DNA from: Eledone cirrhosa
Lineage: Eukaryota
Direction: 5' to 3'
Length of the DNA stretch: 64,000 nt
Assembly: GCA_964016885.1 (NCBI GenBank)
Contig: OZ024755.1
Span: forward strand, 16,554,001-16,618,000
Notes under the pieces: generated by a model
Database searches by the model: none
What the model was told of the DNA's origin: nothing
Seen by the model: the letters and a program-made list of their open reading frames with translations, nothing else
Made by a program: the position numbers and the translations under genes
Part shown: positions 1-14,207 of the stretch, piece after piece
Position numbering within the stretch: the first letter of the stretch is position 1
Layout: each line of letters starts with the position of its first letter

Positions 1-175
1 TGGACTCAAATCTTGCTGAGGTCAACTATACCCTCCATCCTTCTGGGTTCGATAAAATAAAGTACTAACTGGTATCTGTAGTGTGTATATATCGTATTAT
101 CTATGAATGTATGTGTGTGCGTGTATATATATATCTATATATATGTGTGTGTGTATATATATATATCTATATATA

Positions 176-272
<97 letters not shown>

Positions 273-459
273 GTTTGTGTGTGTGTGTATGTTTGTGTGT
301 GTGTGTATGTGTGAGTGTGTATATATAATTATATATATATATATATATATGTATATATTACTCTATTATGTGTTCCAGTCGATAGGGTGAGGCCGTGCTG
401 GGGCACCGCCCGCAGGTCTCGAACCCACACCTGAAATATACTGTTGAGCCATGCTTACC

Positions 460-830
460 ATGGAAGAAAACAGTGAACAAGCTCCGATGAATGTGTAATG
501 TTTGGTGTGCATGAACGACAAAAGCACAGCTGAGTTGAGAGAGAAATTAAGGTATAAGAGGAGGAATCAGATGCCATGTGCAAGAGAGAGAGTGAGAGTG
601 AGAGAGAGCTGTGCTGGTTATGGAGATGGAGATATAATGTGTATTGGATAAGGGCAGTTGGGTAAAGAAAGAGGTGTCTGGAGATTCAAATGGAAGAAAG
701 ATGCCTAGAGGTGAAAGTTGATCTCAGGATGTTGAACCTCAGAAAAGAAAGCAACAATTGGTGAAACACTGAGTTTGAAGGAGAGGATTTGTCCAACCCC
801 TGCAAGTAGGGGAAAATGACTATAAAAAAT
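460..830 (+). mobile_element. Degenerate RTE LINE 3' fragment
   Basis: Interrupted frame ...MCNV..STAELREKLGIR..IRCHVQE..VKVDLRMLNLRKE followed by the RTE-type tail. Confidence 0.55.
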
Positions 831-1069
831 GCTGCTGCTGTTGAGGAGGAAGATGAGGGTGGATGGTGGTGAGATTTTTTTTTGGGGGGGGGGGGGGGGT
901 CAGTCAAACCCATGCAAGTAGGGGGAAAATGAATATTAAATAGCTGCTGCTGAGGATGGTGGTGATGCTGATGATTTTGATGATGTATGTTCCTAGAATG
1001 GGTTTGAACTCATTGACATTGGTTTCTACTTAGTTAAAAAGGATGTTCCAATTTTGGTTATTTTTAGAC

Positions 1070-1396
1070 ATTGTATAACTGGCACTCCATCGGTTACAAC
1101 AACGAGTGTTCCAGTTGATTGGATCAACGGAACAGCCTGCTCAGGAAATGTTTCGTACGTGTGTCTGATCATTCCATAGATACATGTTCCCTTAATGTAG
1201 CTCTCAGGGAGATTCAGCATGGCACAGAATATGAAAAAGCTGGCCCTTCAAATTACAAGTACAACTCGTCTTTGCCAACTGAGTGGACTGGAGTAACATA
1301 GAATAAAGTGTCTTGCTCAAGGACACAACACGCTGCCAGGAATCGAACTCACAACCTTATAGACCTAATCTCAATACTCTAACCACTAAGCCACTC
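1070..1396 (-). mobile_element. tRNA-derived SINE, third body type
   Basis: The head reads gtggcttagtggttag...gagttcgattcc...ccttgagcaagacactt on the minus strand. The body is shared with 4790-4905, 17760-17870 and 20410-20510. Confidence 0.7.
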
Positions 1397-1630
1397 ACCA
1401 CCACACACATTGTATATCTAATATTTTCCAGTGTCAGTATTCATTCAAAACAACTGGGTGACACCCTCTTTTTCCCCCTCAACATAACACACACACACAC
1501 ACATCATGATCATCGTTTAACATTCATTTTCCATGCTTGCATGGGGATTAGACGGGTTGTCACATTATGAGACAGGTCAGGTGACCATGTCTTGCTCATA
1601 CAGATATGTATTATATATGGCCAACTGAAT

Positions 1631-1696
<66 letters not shown>

Positions 1697-1737
1697 ATCA
1701 CTCTTTACTTTCTATTTATCTTCTATTTCTAAATCTT

Positions 1738-1765
1738 CTGATGAAGAACTAGTGTCCGAAACGTC
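1738..1765 (+). ncRNA. Hammerhead-like core (CTGATGAAG variant) in a Penelope-like terminus
   Basis: CTGATGAAGAAC tagt GTCC GAAACGTC. Stem I is not evident. The same family occurs at 47880-47970 (-). Confidence 0.45.
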
Positions 1766-1999
1766 ACCACTCTCTTCCTGCTAGTTCAAGCGTTAATCTA
1801 ATATATTTCTTCCATGTACTGTGCCGTTTGTATTGTTGTTTTTGTTATTTCTGTTTACCTTTTACATATATATACATATCCACCTGTGTACATATTGTTC
1901 TACAGAATATGTATTTGGTATATATACAATATACTGTGTTCCCTATACGATATATGGCTCTTTCTCTCTCTCTATATATACATCTTTTTCATGTTGTAC

Positions 2000-2049
<50 letters not shown>

Positions 2050-2489
2050 GCCACCACAGGAAATCAGATAATAACATAATACACATTAAACGACACTAGC
2101 AGCAAATATGCACCTAGACACACAACACACATATATATACACATACATACACTTGTATATATACACATACATATAAATTCACATATACACACTGAAGATC
2201 AGTTCATCTATTGTCTCCTAAAATGTTGCCTCAGTCACAGGTCTCAATGCATCATTCCTCCCCTTCACCCCTTCTACTACTAGCATCCACCCCCCTCCCT
2301 CCTGCTGTCCTATCTCCTCATCCTGTCCCTCCTGTTCCCCTCTCCTCCTCTCAACCCTCCCTCTTCTGTTTCCCCTCCTCCTCCTACTACTACTGTCCCA
2401 TATCCTCCTCATTGCTCCCCCCTCCCCTGTCCCTCCTCCTTCATTTGACTGGCTTTGGAATGTTTTTTTTTTAGTTTATTATTTGATAG

Positions 2490-2541
<52 letters not shown>

Positions 2542-3127
2542 ATTTCTCTCCACCCACTCCCCTTCATAACACAAGCACACAGTTAAACATACACACTTAT
2601 ACACACACACACACACTTACATAGACAGGCGCAGGCCCACACATACACACACATATATATATATATACACATACATAGAAAAACACACTCTCTACACACA
2701 GCTACACATACATAGGCACAAGCACAGTAAAAACCAGTTATCTCTACCGTACAGGAAGTGCAGCAGACATATCAAAGTCAGGTCAGGTTGATGATGATAA
2801 GAATATTATGATTAATAATAATAACAGCAACTATGTATAATGTGCTGCTGCTGCTGATGATGATGATGATGATCAACATCATCGTCATCATCATCATCAG
2901 TTCTAATAATAATAATCATAATAATATGTTGCTTTATTTGTGGTGGTGGTGGTGGTGGTTAAGGAAGGAGGGAGACATTTACAGGACAGATTTACAAAGA
3001 AAAAGAAAATTAGGAGTTTATATAGATTCGAGAGAGGTGGTGGGAGGGGGTGAGGAAAAATGACATCAAAACGGAAATGAAATGATGATGATAATAATAA
3101 TAATAATTATTATTATTATTATTATTA

Positions 3128-3320
3128 GTCAGACACCATGCATTGCAGCATAGAGTTATAGCCCTTTATGATCTGAGTTCAAATACCGCCGAAGTTAGCT
3201 TTGCCTTTTATCCTCACGGGGTCGATAAAATAAAGCACCAGTAATGCACTGAGGTCGATTTAATCGACTTTCCCCCTCCCCCAAAATTGCTGGCCTTGTG
3301 CCTATAGTAGAAATCATTAT
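3128..3320 (+). mobile_element. SINE family B (5'-truncated)
   Basis: It matches from the mid-head to the tail. An inverted tail copy follows at 3342-3378. Confidence 0.7.
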
Positions 3321-4188
3321 TATTTTTATTAGTAGTAGTATAGGCACAAGGCCAGCAATTTGGAGGGAGGGGAAAGTCTCCTTTAGCTTCCAACCGTCTA
3401 GCTAAAGATATGATTTTATCAATGTATTATACAGACTTAAATCACACAATTTATGTACAGGATTCACTTCAAATCCCTTTAAACTTAGCTATGATTGACA
3501 CATATATACTTTCAGAAACCGCCAAAATAAATAATGACACTTTGCTCCTCCCTACACTCATTTGGGAACGTGCCAATGCCTTTGCCATTTTGTTCTCAGG
3601 ACGCAGCTGAGAGATACCGAGAGATACCGCTCGGACTGGAGGTGTAGAGTCTGTCTCTCCCTCCCCCTTTCCCTTTCTGTCGTTGTTTAATTTCTTCTTT
3701 CCTTCAATTTATTTTTTTTTCTTCTATTTCCCATTTCCTTATTGCTTTGTATAAATATTTCTGTAAACAAACCTATACAATCAAATGGAACGAATAATAG
3801 AAACAAAAAAAAAAACCCCCAACAAAAACAAAACATGTGCACAACCAAAACTTACAAAATAGTATTTGCCGGGTATGTGTGGGGGGAGACAGGGGGAGAT
3901 ATCCCATAACAGACGCTCTAAAAAACTTGCCTAATGTCAACATAAAACATACGAGCTTTCAGATATTTGAAAACAATCATACACCTCAAAAGATAAAAAT
4001 GACAATGTAATCCCCCACCCCCCACCCACACAGTGGCCATGTAATCCCCCCACCCCACCCCGCCCAACCTTCTAGTATTACTCTATACTTAACTATCTCT
4101 CTCTTTCTCCCCCCTCTCTCTCTTATTAAGTAACCAACACCACCTTGTATAGGAATTAAAACTGCTCACATCACACCATATAAAATCT

Positions 4189-4486
4189 CATCATCATCAT
4201 CATCGTTTAACGTCTATCTTCCACGCTAGCATGGGTTAGACGGGAATTGTCCCACTTGAGGCAAGATTGGTCGGGTGACCGCGTCTCGCTCGTATAAGAC
4301 TATCTGGCAGGTTTTCTACGACTGGATGCCCTTCCTAACACCAACCACATTTACAGTGTGGACTGGGAGCTTTTTACCGTGTTACCTACACGACCACATT
4401 ACAGCGTGGACTGGGAGCTGTTTACCGTGTTACCTACACGACCACATTACAGCGTGGACTGTGTTTTTTTGTCGTAACAACCTACA
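4189..4486 (-). mobile_element. 3' part of an RTE-tailed SINE
   Basis: (CAT)n-cgtttaacgtc...ctggatgcccttcctaacaccaacc, with an internal ~42-bp tandem duplication. Copies lie at 7586, 53411 and 36405. Confidence 0.7.
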
Positions 4487-4542
4487 TGTGAAGAAATTAT
4501 TTAAGTGTAAAACATGTATCTAGATTTCTTTTATATATATGC

Positions 4543-4720
4543 TGCTGGATTGGCATAGGATCGGTAGAGCGTCAGTCACCATTTTTGCGGCATAGAGTTA
4601 CGGCCCTTTACGTCGTTATGCGTCGTTTGAATTATGCTGGGGTCAATTTTGCCTTTCATCCTTCACATGGTCGATAAAATAAAGTACCAGTCAAGTACTG
4701 AGGTCGATTTAATCAACTTT
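4543..4720 (+). mobile_element. SINE family B
   Basis: Diverged match. Confidence 0.7.
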
Positions 4721-5238
4721 GAGAACAGAGTAGCATTTTGTGTTTCCTACTACTTGTGCAAAAGAAACTCTTAGGGGCATCCCACTGGACAACCGAAATG
4801 AATGTGCAAGTGCCTGAGCATTCCATAGAAACGTTGACTCTCTCAGGGAGATTCAGTGTGACACAATGTGTGAGAACACGGGCTCTTTGAAATAAAGGTA
4901 CAACTGATTATTTTTCTACCTGAGTTCAAATCCCGCCGAGGTTGACTTTGCCTTTCATCCTTACGGGGGTCGATAAAATAAAGTACCAATAATGCATACA
5001 TACATATATATACATATACATACATACATATATATATACATACATATATATATATACATATATACATACATACATATATATATATACATATATACATACA
5101 TACATATATATATATACATATATACATACATACATATATATATATACATATATACATACATACATATATACATACATACATACATACATACATACATACA
5201 TACATACATACATACATACATACATACATACATACATA

Positions 5239-5282
<44 letters not shown>

Positions 5283-5308
5283 TACATATATATATATACA
5301 TACATACA

Positions 5309-5366
<58 letters not shown>

Positions 5367-6147
5367 CACATCTATATGTGTGATGTGACAGTATAGTGTC
5401 AGTCACTTGTGCGGGTATTGTGTGTGTGTAGGTATGTGTATGTGCTTTAACCTCTATCCATGTATGTCTGTATGAAAGCATTTCAATGTCTGTTTGTGTA
5501 AATTACATACAGTGTTAGTTTTGTTTTTATTGTCATCCTCCTCCTGTTCCTCTCACGGTTCCTCATCCTTCTCCTCTCTCTCTCTCACTCATCCCCACAC
5601 TTTTCTTTCTGTCTCTTATCTCTAATTCTCTGCCTACCCCCCCCCCCCTCTCTCTCTCTCTCTCTTACCCTGTCAACTAACATTCTAAACACTCAAGTTG
5701 AACTACTTTATAATTTCATGGGCTGACATTGTGTTGACACACACACATACACATGTACACACACTGTACTACATTCACACACACACACACACACACACTG
5801 CACTACTACGCACATACACTACATATACACACATTACACACTGTTGCAATTCAGGGACAATAAATAAACAATGAAGAGACAATAAAAACTATATAGAATG
5901 GGATGTGTATGTGTATGTATGTGTATGTGTACGTATATGTATATGAATATATATGTATATGTGTGTATATATGTATGTGTCTGTGATTGTATATGAATAT
6001 ATATATATATATTTATGTATGTATATATGTGTGTCTATATTTATGTATGTGCATATATATATGTGTGTGTGTATATATATATATATATATGTTTGCATGT
6101 ATTTATATGTGTGTGTGTATGTGTGTTTGCGTGTATATATATAATAA

Positions 6148-6334
6148 TTGTTTCTACGTTAGGCACAAGGCCAGCAATTACCCAGTGTATTACTGGTACT
6201 TTATTTTATCGACCCCGTAAGGATGAAAGGCAAAGTTAACCTCGGCGAGATTTGAACTCAGAATGGCAAGGGCCGTAACTCTATGCGCCAAAGCATGGCA
6301 TCCGACACTCTACCAATACTGCCAATCCACCGCC
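6148..6334 (-). mobile_element. SINE family B
   Basis: Full-length reverse-complement match. Confidence 0.8.
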
Positions 6335-6897
6335 TATATATATAGTAATGATGATTATTATAACCGTGTATATATATAATAATGATGATGAGTATAACCG
6401 AAGTTGCAGCTGCACTATAGCAGATGAACAATCAGATCATAAGAGGCAGTCACGAAGCACTCAATGAATGAGGAATTGATATATTTCTACCTAGAGTGAG
6501 CACAAAAAGTTAAGGAATAGTGACACCAAGAATAAAGCGACCTGAATTGCCATAATAATGATTTCATTTATAAGCCACAAGGGCCGACATGTAGGGGACA
6601 ATACAAAGACACGGGCAGTGGGGGTTTACAATAGGCTTGAGTAAAAATGCACAATGGCAAGACTAATTTAACAGTGAAAATATAAAAAATATAAAATAAT
6701 ACAACATTGATATATATATATATATATACAAGTATATCTATTTAGTATTGATGGTCGTGAGAATAATAGTTTTATTAAGGTCATGTCGGTGTCCAGTAAC
6801 TCTGGAGTTTCAAATGTGTTTGCAATGTCATCAGACAATCACGAGGTTTTGTGAACACTCAGGCGAAACTCCACTATAACAGGATACTGACTTGACC

Positions 6898-7113
6898 TTA
6901 AACCTTTAGCATTTACATTACTCTCTATTTACTATTATATTTTCATGGTAAAGGCTTTACCTCACATAATATCGAATCTACGAGATTTTGATGTTATTTA
7001 TTTTGAGAACAATACCTTAACATCAGTATGAGCAGCTGGTTACAACCAGTTTGAACAGAAAGGGGTGGGAGAATTCTAGCCGGATATGACCAGTTTAAAT
7101 GCTAAAGAGTTAA
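6898..7113. mobile_element. TTAA-flanked piggyBac-like MITE, copy 1
   Basis: TTAA-acctttagcattta...taaatgctaaagag-TTAA. Confidence 0.7.
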
Positions 7114-7585
7114 CAAAACTATATATCATCATCATCATCATCATCATCACCATGTTCTTTTATAATTATCAATCTAAAAGTACTGAGTTCGATGATAATA
7201 AACTTACACCCTCGAAGGTGTTGCCCCAGCTTAATCACAGTCAAATGATTGAAATTAGTAAAAGACAATGTGTTGTATCTATAATACACGCTCGCTCATA
7301 CATACGTGTCACACGACAAAAAGCACCCAGTTGACACTGTAAAGTGGTCGTGTAGGTGAATTATAAAACACCCAGTACACACAGTAAATGTAGTTGGTGT
7401 TAAGAAGGGCATCCAGCTGTAGAAATCAACCCAAAATCAGTCATGTATGAGCAAAACAGTCGTCTGATCTGACTTGTATCACAATGGGACAACTTGACTA
7501 CCCCATGCTAGAATGGAAAATGGATGATATGTGTGTGTATATATATACATATATATATATACACTATATATATATATATATATAA

Positions 7586-7828
7586 TCATCATCATCATCG
7601 TTTAACTTCCATCTTCCACGCTAGCATGGGTCTGGACGGGAATTGTCCCACTTGAGGCAAGATTGGTTGTCTTGCTCAGTACTGTCTGGCGGGTTTTCTA
7701 CGGCTGGGTGCCCTTCCTAACATCAACCACGTTTACAGTGTGGACTGGGAGGTTTTTACCGTGTTACCTACACGGCCACATTACAGCGTGGACTGTGTGT
7801 TTTTTTGTCGTGACACCTACACGACCTC
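7586..7828 (-). mobile_element. 3' part of an RTE-tailed SINE
   Basis: Near-identical to 4189-4486. Confidence 0.7.
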
Positions 7829-7964
7829 ATTTATTTAGGACTGTTGTGGTACCAACATAGCTTTACATCGAAAGGAGTGGTGTAGATGGCGGTGGGGGTA
7901 GGGGTAGTGGGACGGGGGTGTATTTTGGTTAAGAGGTGCCTACTGACTGTAGGTTTCGCTTTGT

Positions 7965-8105
7965 ACTCAGGCAAGGCGGGTCTTCTGTATTACAATGTAG
8001 CGCCAAAGATCTTGGTCCAGTGACATTGTCTTGGAGAGGTGTAAGTATGTGAGGTCGGATTTTATCAAGTCGTCCAAGGTTTTTCTGGGTCTGCCTACTC
8101 CGTCT
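7965..8105 (-). mobile_element. RTE LINE C-terminal fragment
   Basis: GVGRPRKTLDDLIKSDL...MSLDQDLWRYIV. Confidence 0.6.
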
Positions 8106-8145
8106 ATTTTGATATATATATACACTATAAATATATATATATACA

Positions 8146-8217
<72 letters not shown>

Positions 8218-8645
8218 TATATATATATATGATGTGAGAAAAACCACAGACCCTCTATCTCAACTCTACTTTTGAAAAGCAGAAGAACTGCGAAACTGGT
8301 AAAGGAACCAAATAAATATATATATATATATTTTTAAATAAGACTCCAGTTGCATTTTCGATTTCATCTTTTTTTCTTTATAGTTTCACTCGTGTAGGAC
8401 ACCTCGGTTATTTTTCATTTTGTAAAAAAGCCTCACTTTCTAATATATATATATATGTATATATATATAAATTTACTAGATAATAGAGTTCAAATCACAC
8501 CAAGGTCAACTTAACCTTTCATTCTTGCGGGGTCAATAAAATAAAGCACCACTAATGTACTGTGGTCAATATAATCGACTTTCCTATCTCCCAAAATTGC
8601 TGGCCTTGTGCCTAAATCAGAAACCATTATTATTATTATTATTAG

Positions 8646-8820
8646 GGCGGTGGATTGGCAGTATTGGTAGAGGGTCGGACGCCATGCTTTGCAGCATGGA
8701 GTTACGGCCCTTTATGATCTGAGTTCAAATCCTGCCGTGGTTAACTTTGCCTTTCATCCTTACGGGGTCGATAAAATAAAGTACCAGTAATGTACTGAGT
8801 GATTGCTGGCCTTGTGCCAA
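8646..8820 (+). mobile_element. Short tRNA-like SINE family B
   Basis: ggtggattggcagtattggtagag...gagttcaaatcc...ttgcctttcatccttacggggtcgataaaataaagtacc...gctggccttgtgcc. More than 12 copies occur in the window, including a 5'-truncated one at 8485-8630. Confidence 0.8.
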
Positions 8821-11351
8821 TATTAATTTTATTATATCTCACACATACCATTACTATGTCCACCACTATCATCACCATCTCAGCAACCATTTCCACCAAC
8901 ACCATCCCCATGGACTTACTTATTATAAGTACTTAGTGCTACTTAAAAGGAGAGGCTAATAAAGAATTGAGTGTGTAGTAGTAGAGTGGAAGAATGTCTT
9001 CTAAATTTGGGACACTTTAGGTCATTATTCATTCATACATTTCAATTCTCAGTTCATTCAGTTTTTTTTTTTTTATTGTATTTATTTATTTATTTATCTG
9101 TTTGTTTGTTTGTTTTTTTATCATTCCCCACCACTTTCTACTTCCTAGATGTCAGCTGTAATCAGTTAGTTTATTGGTGGAGGTGCAGTATGATTGAGAG
9201 ACATTTCACTGGAAGAAATGCTTTATCATCATCATCAATGGTAATGCCCCATTACTCATTACCACCACCACCACCACCATCAGTATCACCATTATCATTT
9301 GAATGGTCACCATTGGAGCCATAACCAATGTTTTTACTACCACAAGCTGACCTGTTAAGACTTTGTTCACTAAAGTGTGGGTTATCTGGAGAGTTCTTTC
9401 CCTTGGTTAAACTCTTCAGCTAGTAAAGTGTATAAATGTCTGTAGATCTGGTAAGTGTAACATTATCTCTAGGAACTATTGGCAGTCATTAGAGCCTTCT
9501 CCAGACTAACTTTGTCTTTCATTCTTCTATGGTCAATAAAATAAAGTACTGGTCATGGACTGGGTTTGATATCATAAACTTTCCCTGATCCCCTCAATTG
9601 CTGTCTCTCATCCTAACCCTTGGAGCTGTCTGGCCGTGGAGTATGACAACCTATCTAACCCATGCCAGCATAGAAAATATATGTAAAATGATGGTGACAG
9701 TGATGTACTGTCATACTGTTGGAATTAGCAAAAGTGTTTCTGATTTTGCAATATGACTTCTAAATAATATAGTCTGTGAAAACAGCACACACATACATAC
9801 ATACATACATGTGTGTGTGTACCATTGTTATTATTATCATTATCGTGCACTTTTACTCGAGCTTATTGTAAACCCCCCCCATTGCCCGTGTCTGTGTATT
9901 GCCCACTACATGTCAGCCCTTGTGGCCTATAAATGAAATCATTATTATTATTATTACACTCTCCTTAGTACAACCCCAAAATACACACTGGAGACTACAC
10001 ATTGAGTGCTGACTTTGGTGAACCTACAGTAACTTGACATTACAATCCCTAAACTATATATTTATACAATAAACTAGATAGGAGCTGACATACAACATTT
10101 ACTGCAAACATCGTTCATTCATTATTCATTCAAGCCCTTAACCTCTCCTGGGAGATAACCCATCAATAACTTTCCTCCATTCACCCCTGCCCTAAGCCTT
10201 TTTCTTCAATTGTGTCAAAGACGGGATAAACTCCCTAGTGCTGGTGTCATGATAAAATGTACAGTGAACTCTGTACAGTGTTGGGAGATATATAAGCAAG
10301 ATGCAACCCGAGGCCATTCTGAGAGTTCAGTAACCCCGATATTAAGTACTGACTTAGGTCTGTGATAACCTGTCCAACCCTTGCTAGAATGGAATGGAAA
10401 ACAGGTGTTAAATGATGGTGATGATGTTGATGATATTCCCCCCTAACTCCATCCAAATCTCCTTTGGTTCTCCACTCCAGCCGTTACCACAACAGGTGTT
10501 CCTTGGACTTCCTCTCTTCCTTTTAATCTTGGAATTCCACCAGAGGGGCTGCTTTGTGACATTGTGTTGGAGCTTACGGGGATGGGCGGGTAGCATCTAA
10601 TCTGGCACCACTTTCTTTACTTGTGGTGGTTGGGGGGGGGGGTCTTAACACAAAGATTGGCTCAGAAAATCTTGGATATGGGCAAACATATGAGATTGAT
10701 AAAATGCAAACAACAAACCGAGGAATTATTTGACTATCAGATATCAATTTTATTAAATCTTTTACTCTTTTATCTGTTCCAGCCATATGGCTGAGGCCAT
10801 GCTGGGGCACCTTTTTTTTTTATTAGAAATTAAATATTTAAAATAAAAAGGGGATTTGTCAAGGATTGTTGATTTGCTGAAACAAGTTGTGATGGTAAAA
10901 GTTCAAGAACCTCTGTCCTAGACCATACTACTAAACTAGATCATACCCTATTAAATTTACAATAGAAAGCCCAACCATATTGAGCCAGTGGTTGAATGGG
11001 AGGGGGTCTCTACTAGAAATAACTGCCAAATATCCCTCAAGTTACAGCGTCTAGTAGTTAATAAAAAGGAAAGGCTACTTTGGACAATGTATAGTTTTAA
11101 ATATACAACAAAAAAGAGAATGAGTTGTTTGAGACTTGGCCGCATTTCATCATTAAGTTTGTTCGACCGTGACTGACCAAGGGTTAAACAATGACAACAT
11201 ACCTCCCACTTACTCCATGATATGACTATATTACATCATTTCAGATTACACAAGACTACATCATATAATATACCACATCACACTGTAACTCCTCACACTA
11301 CAACATAACATACCATGTCACCATCATATGACATATTCGCTCTACCTATCA

Positions 11352-11415
<64 letters not shown>

Positions 11416-11419
<4 letters not shown>

Positions 11420-11562
11420 AACCAGTAAGACCCCGACAGCTGAGCTCAAGCCGTTTCGACGGCTAATTCTGGACTGATTCTAGACTTACCCACTCTACTA
11501 CCTCAAGTATTGAGTACTTTGGTGCGTTATGGTCCACCTGGTTCCTTACCACATTTCCTTCG

Positions 11563-11565
<3 letters not shown>
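11416..11565 (+). mobile_element. Rearranged copy of the 'GAAACGGC' family in (TA)n
   Basis: An inverted-arm segment is joined to the tail cactctactacctcaagtattgagtactttggtgcgttatggtccacc. Confidence 0.55.
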
Positions 11566-11617
<52 letters not shown>

Positions 11618-12120
11618 GACGTGGTTGCCTAAACACTGTACGGCGTAATCCGGGCTGTTTGTTTGTTTACAAACAAACAAACCGAGCATTATAATAAATG
11701 TTCGGTAAACCGATACGTGCATATATATATATATATATGTGTGTGCATGTATGTATATATATACATACTACTGTACGTCTGTATACATATATGTATATAC
11801 GTGTACATACATACATACATACTTACATTTAAGTAAGTGCCGTACTAAGAGTGAGAAATGAAATTTCGTTTCATTCTATTCCATTTATATATATATATAT
11901 ATATAAACACTCACACAAATATATATTACAGTCATGTCACGCCACAATGAAGAAGGTCGTGTAGATAGATAAATACATGGTTAAGTATATCACTTTGGAT
12001 GGAATGCTCACTCATACCACCTTTTCTATCTCCGTTCGTTTAACATAGTGACACTTGACCTCCCGGACGTCATAAGAGGGTACAAACCCGTTGACATCAG
12101 ATCTGATATACAATCCGGCT

Positions 12121-12155
<35 letters not shown>

Positions 12156-12159
<4 letters not shown>

Positions 12160-12330
12160 GGCTTCTACAGGACTAGAACTGTTTCATTCAGGGCGGGCTT
12201 TTGCTGATGATTTCCTTCGAATGAAACAGTTCTAGTCCTGTAGAAGCCATTTCTGTATTAATTTTTTTTATATACTCTGTGTATTGAGTACCTTACTTAC
12301 TGTGGCTACCATCGATTGAACCCGGGACTC
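12156..12330 (+). mobile_element. (TA)n-associated fold-back element, 'ctacaggactagaactgtttc' family
   Basis: Inverted arms at 12156-12190 and 12219-12252, then the tail tactc..tattgagtacc..ttgaacccgg. Relatives lie at 16340-16478, 45025-45195 and 31480-31545. Confidence 0.6.
12196..12248 (+). ncRNA. Hammerhead-like motif within a fold-back element
   Basis: GGCTTTTG-CTGATGA-TTTC cttc GAAT-GAAAC agttcta GTC-ctgtAGAAGCC. The core is intact but stem I needs a bulge. Confidence 0.5.
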
Positions 12331-12340
12331 ACACACACAC

Positions 12341-12392
<52 letters not shown>

Positions 12393-12394
<2 letters not shown>

Positions 12395-12583
12395 CGAAGG
12401 AATTGTGGTAAGGAATCGGGTGTACCATAACGCACCAGAGTACTCAATACTTAGGGTAGTAGAGTGGGTAATAGGAAAAAGTATGACTCCGACGGCAGAG
12501 CTCAAGCCGTTTCGACGGCTATTTCTGTCCAGAAATAGCCGTCCAAACGGCTTGAGCTCTGCCGTCGGGGTCATACTTTTTCC

Positions 12584-12584
<1 letters not shown>
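12393..12584 (-). mobile_element. (TA)n-inserted fold-back element, 'GAAACGGC..GCCGTC' family
   Basis: ~53-bp inverted arms around the gtcc loop at ~12527-12530. The tail is cactctactaccctaagtattgagtactctggtgcgttatgg on the minus strand. Confidence 0.6.
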
Positions 12585-12627
<43 letters not shown>

Positions 12628-13067
12628 CCATTTAAAAACAAAACAAAAGGAAACTAAACAATACAAAAATCCGCTTGCTGCTCTTGTAGTTGTAGTAGCA
12701 ATAACAGCAATAGAGATATGGAGTGGTTCTATGCTAATGTGCGTGGGTGGTCAGATTGAAGAGGAGAGAAAGACCGAGTGAGTTTAATGGTTTCCAAGCA
12801 CGCCTACGTATAAGTGTGTAGTGACATCGGTGTTGGAGGTGGCGATCTACAAACAGGATAGTGATAGCTATTACACAAGCACACACACATACTTGTATAA
12901 AGTGAAAGCTGATACACACACACACACACACTTGTATGTGCGTGTGTATGTGTAAATACGAAGGGGAAAATCCATAAAATAGATAAATAAAAACGGTTTA
13001 GTTCGAAAGAGAAATTAATTACGTTCGAATTAGAAGAAAGTTCTCGAAAGAAAATATTTTACAATAG

Positions 13068-13069
<2 letters not shown>

Positions 13070-13152
<83 letters not shown>

Positions 13153-13645
13153 TTATATATATATTTATGGTATTGTTCCAATGTTAATAATGATCCTTTA
13201 TACACATATATATATACATATATATACATGTATATATACGTATATATATATACATATATATATATGTATATATACGTATATATATATATACATATATATA
13301 TATACGTACATATATACATACATATATACATATATATATACATACATATACGTATATATATATACATATATATATATGTATATATACGTATATATATATA
13401 TACATATATATATATACGTACATATATACATACATATATACATATATATATACATACATATATACATATATATATACATACATATATACATATATATATA
13501 CGTATATATATATACATACATATATACATACATATATACATACATACATAAATACACACACACACACACACACATACATATACATATATATACATATATA
13601 TATACATATATATATATATATACATACATACATATATATATACAT
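13070..13645. repeat. Long TA/TACA compound microsatellite (representative of dozens in the window)
   Basis: Simple-sequence tract, the source of spurious YIYI/HTHT ORFs. Confidence 0.95.
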
Positions 13646-14103
13646 ATGGTGGCTGCCAACTCGTTTTCGAGTACGGCCACTACTTTATATCCATGTAGGA
13701 GAACCCCTACCGAAGCGCTGAACGAGTGTGACTTTTTAGTTCAGCCAGCGACTTGAAAACTCTGGTACAAACACTACACTTGTGACAATTATTGACACAT
13801 AGTGCTGGGCCCATGGTACCATGTGACGGCAAGTGCAGAGAGATCTCCAGATATAAAGCAATGCCTGTGCCGTGAAGCTTTTATAGTGAGCAAAGGCACT
13901 GCACAAAGCCAGTCCCACTCTCTTAACCAAGATGATATTTACCAAAAAGAAGAACAAGTCAACATCATTGGATACCATCAGGGTTGCAGGTGTTATATCA
14001 GAGTTTTCCTTCTCCTAGAATTCTGCCTTGACAAAGGCTAAGGGGTCATCTCTCCCGGTGATTTTGGATGGCCATTGACACTTAAGAGCTCCTTTGCCCT
14101 TTG
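13646..14103 (-). mobile_element. Second, 5'-truncated tandem copy of the RTE derivative
   Basis: Near-identical to 14208-14667, with only a few substitutions or indels. Confidence 0.65.
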
Positions 14104-14207
14104 ATATATACACATATATATATATATATATACATATATACACATATATACACATATATATATATATACATACATACATATATATATATACACATATATA
14201 TATACAT

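Noticed and set aside
3410-3610. 66-aa non-repetitive ORF
   Set aside because: It has no recognisable motif or splice context and may be an old retroelement end.
6770-6875. Possible minus-strand terminal exon (ag|..EFRLSVHKTS*, AATAAA)
   Set aside because: It is too short, has no homology, and such signals arise by chance in AT-rich DNA.
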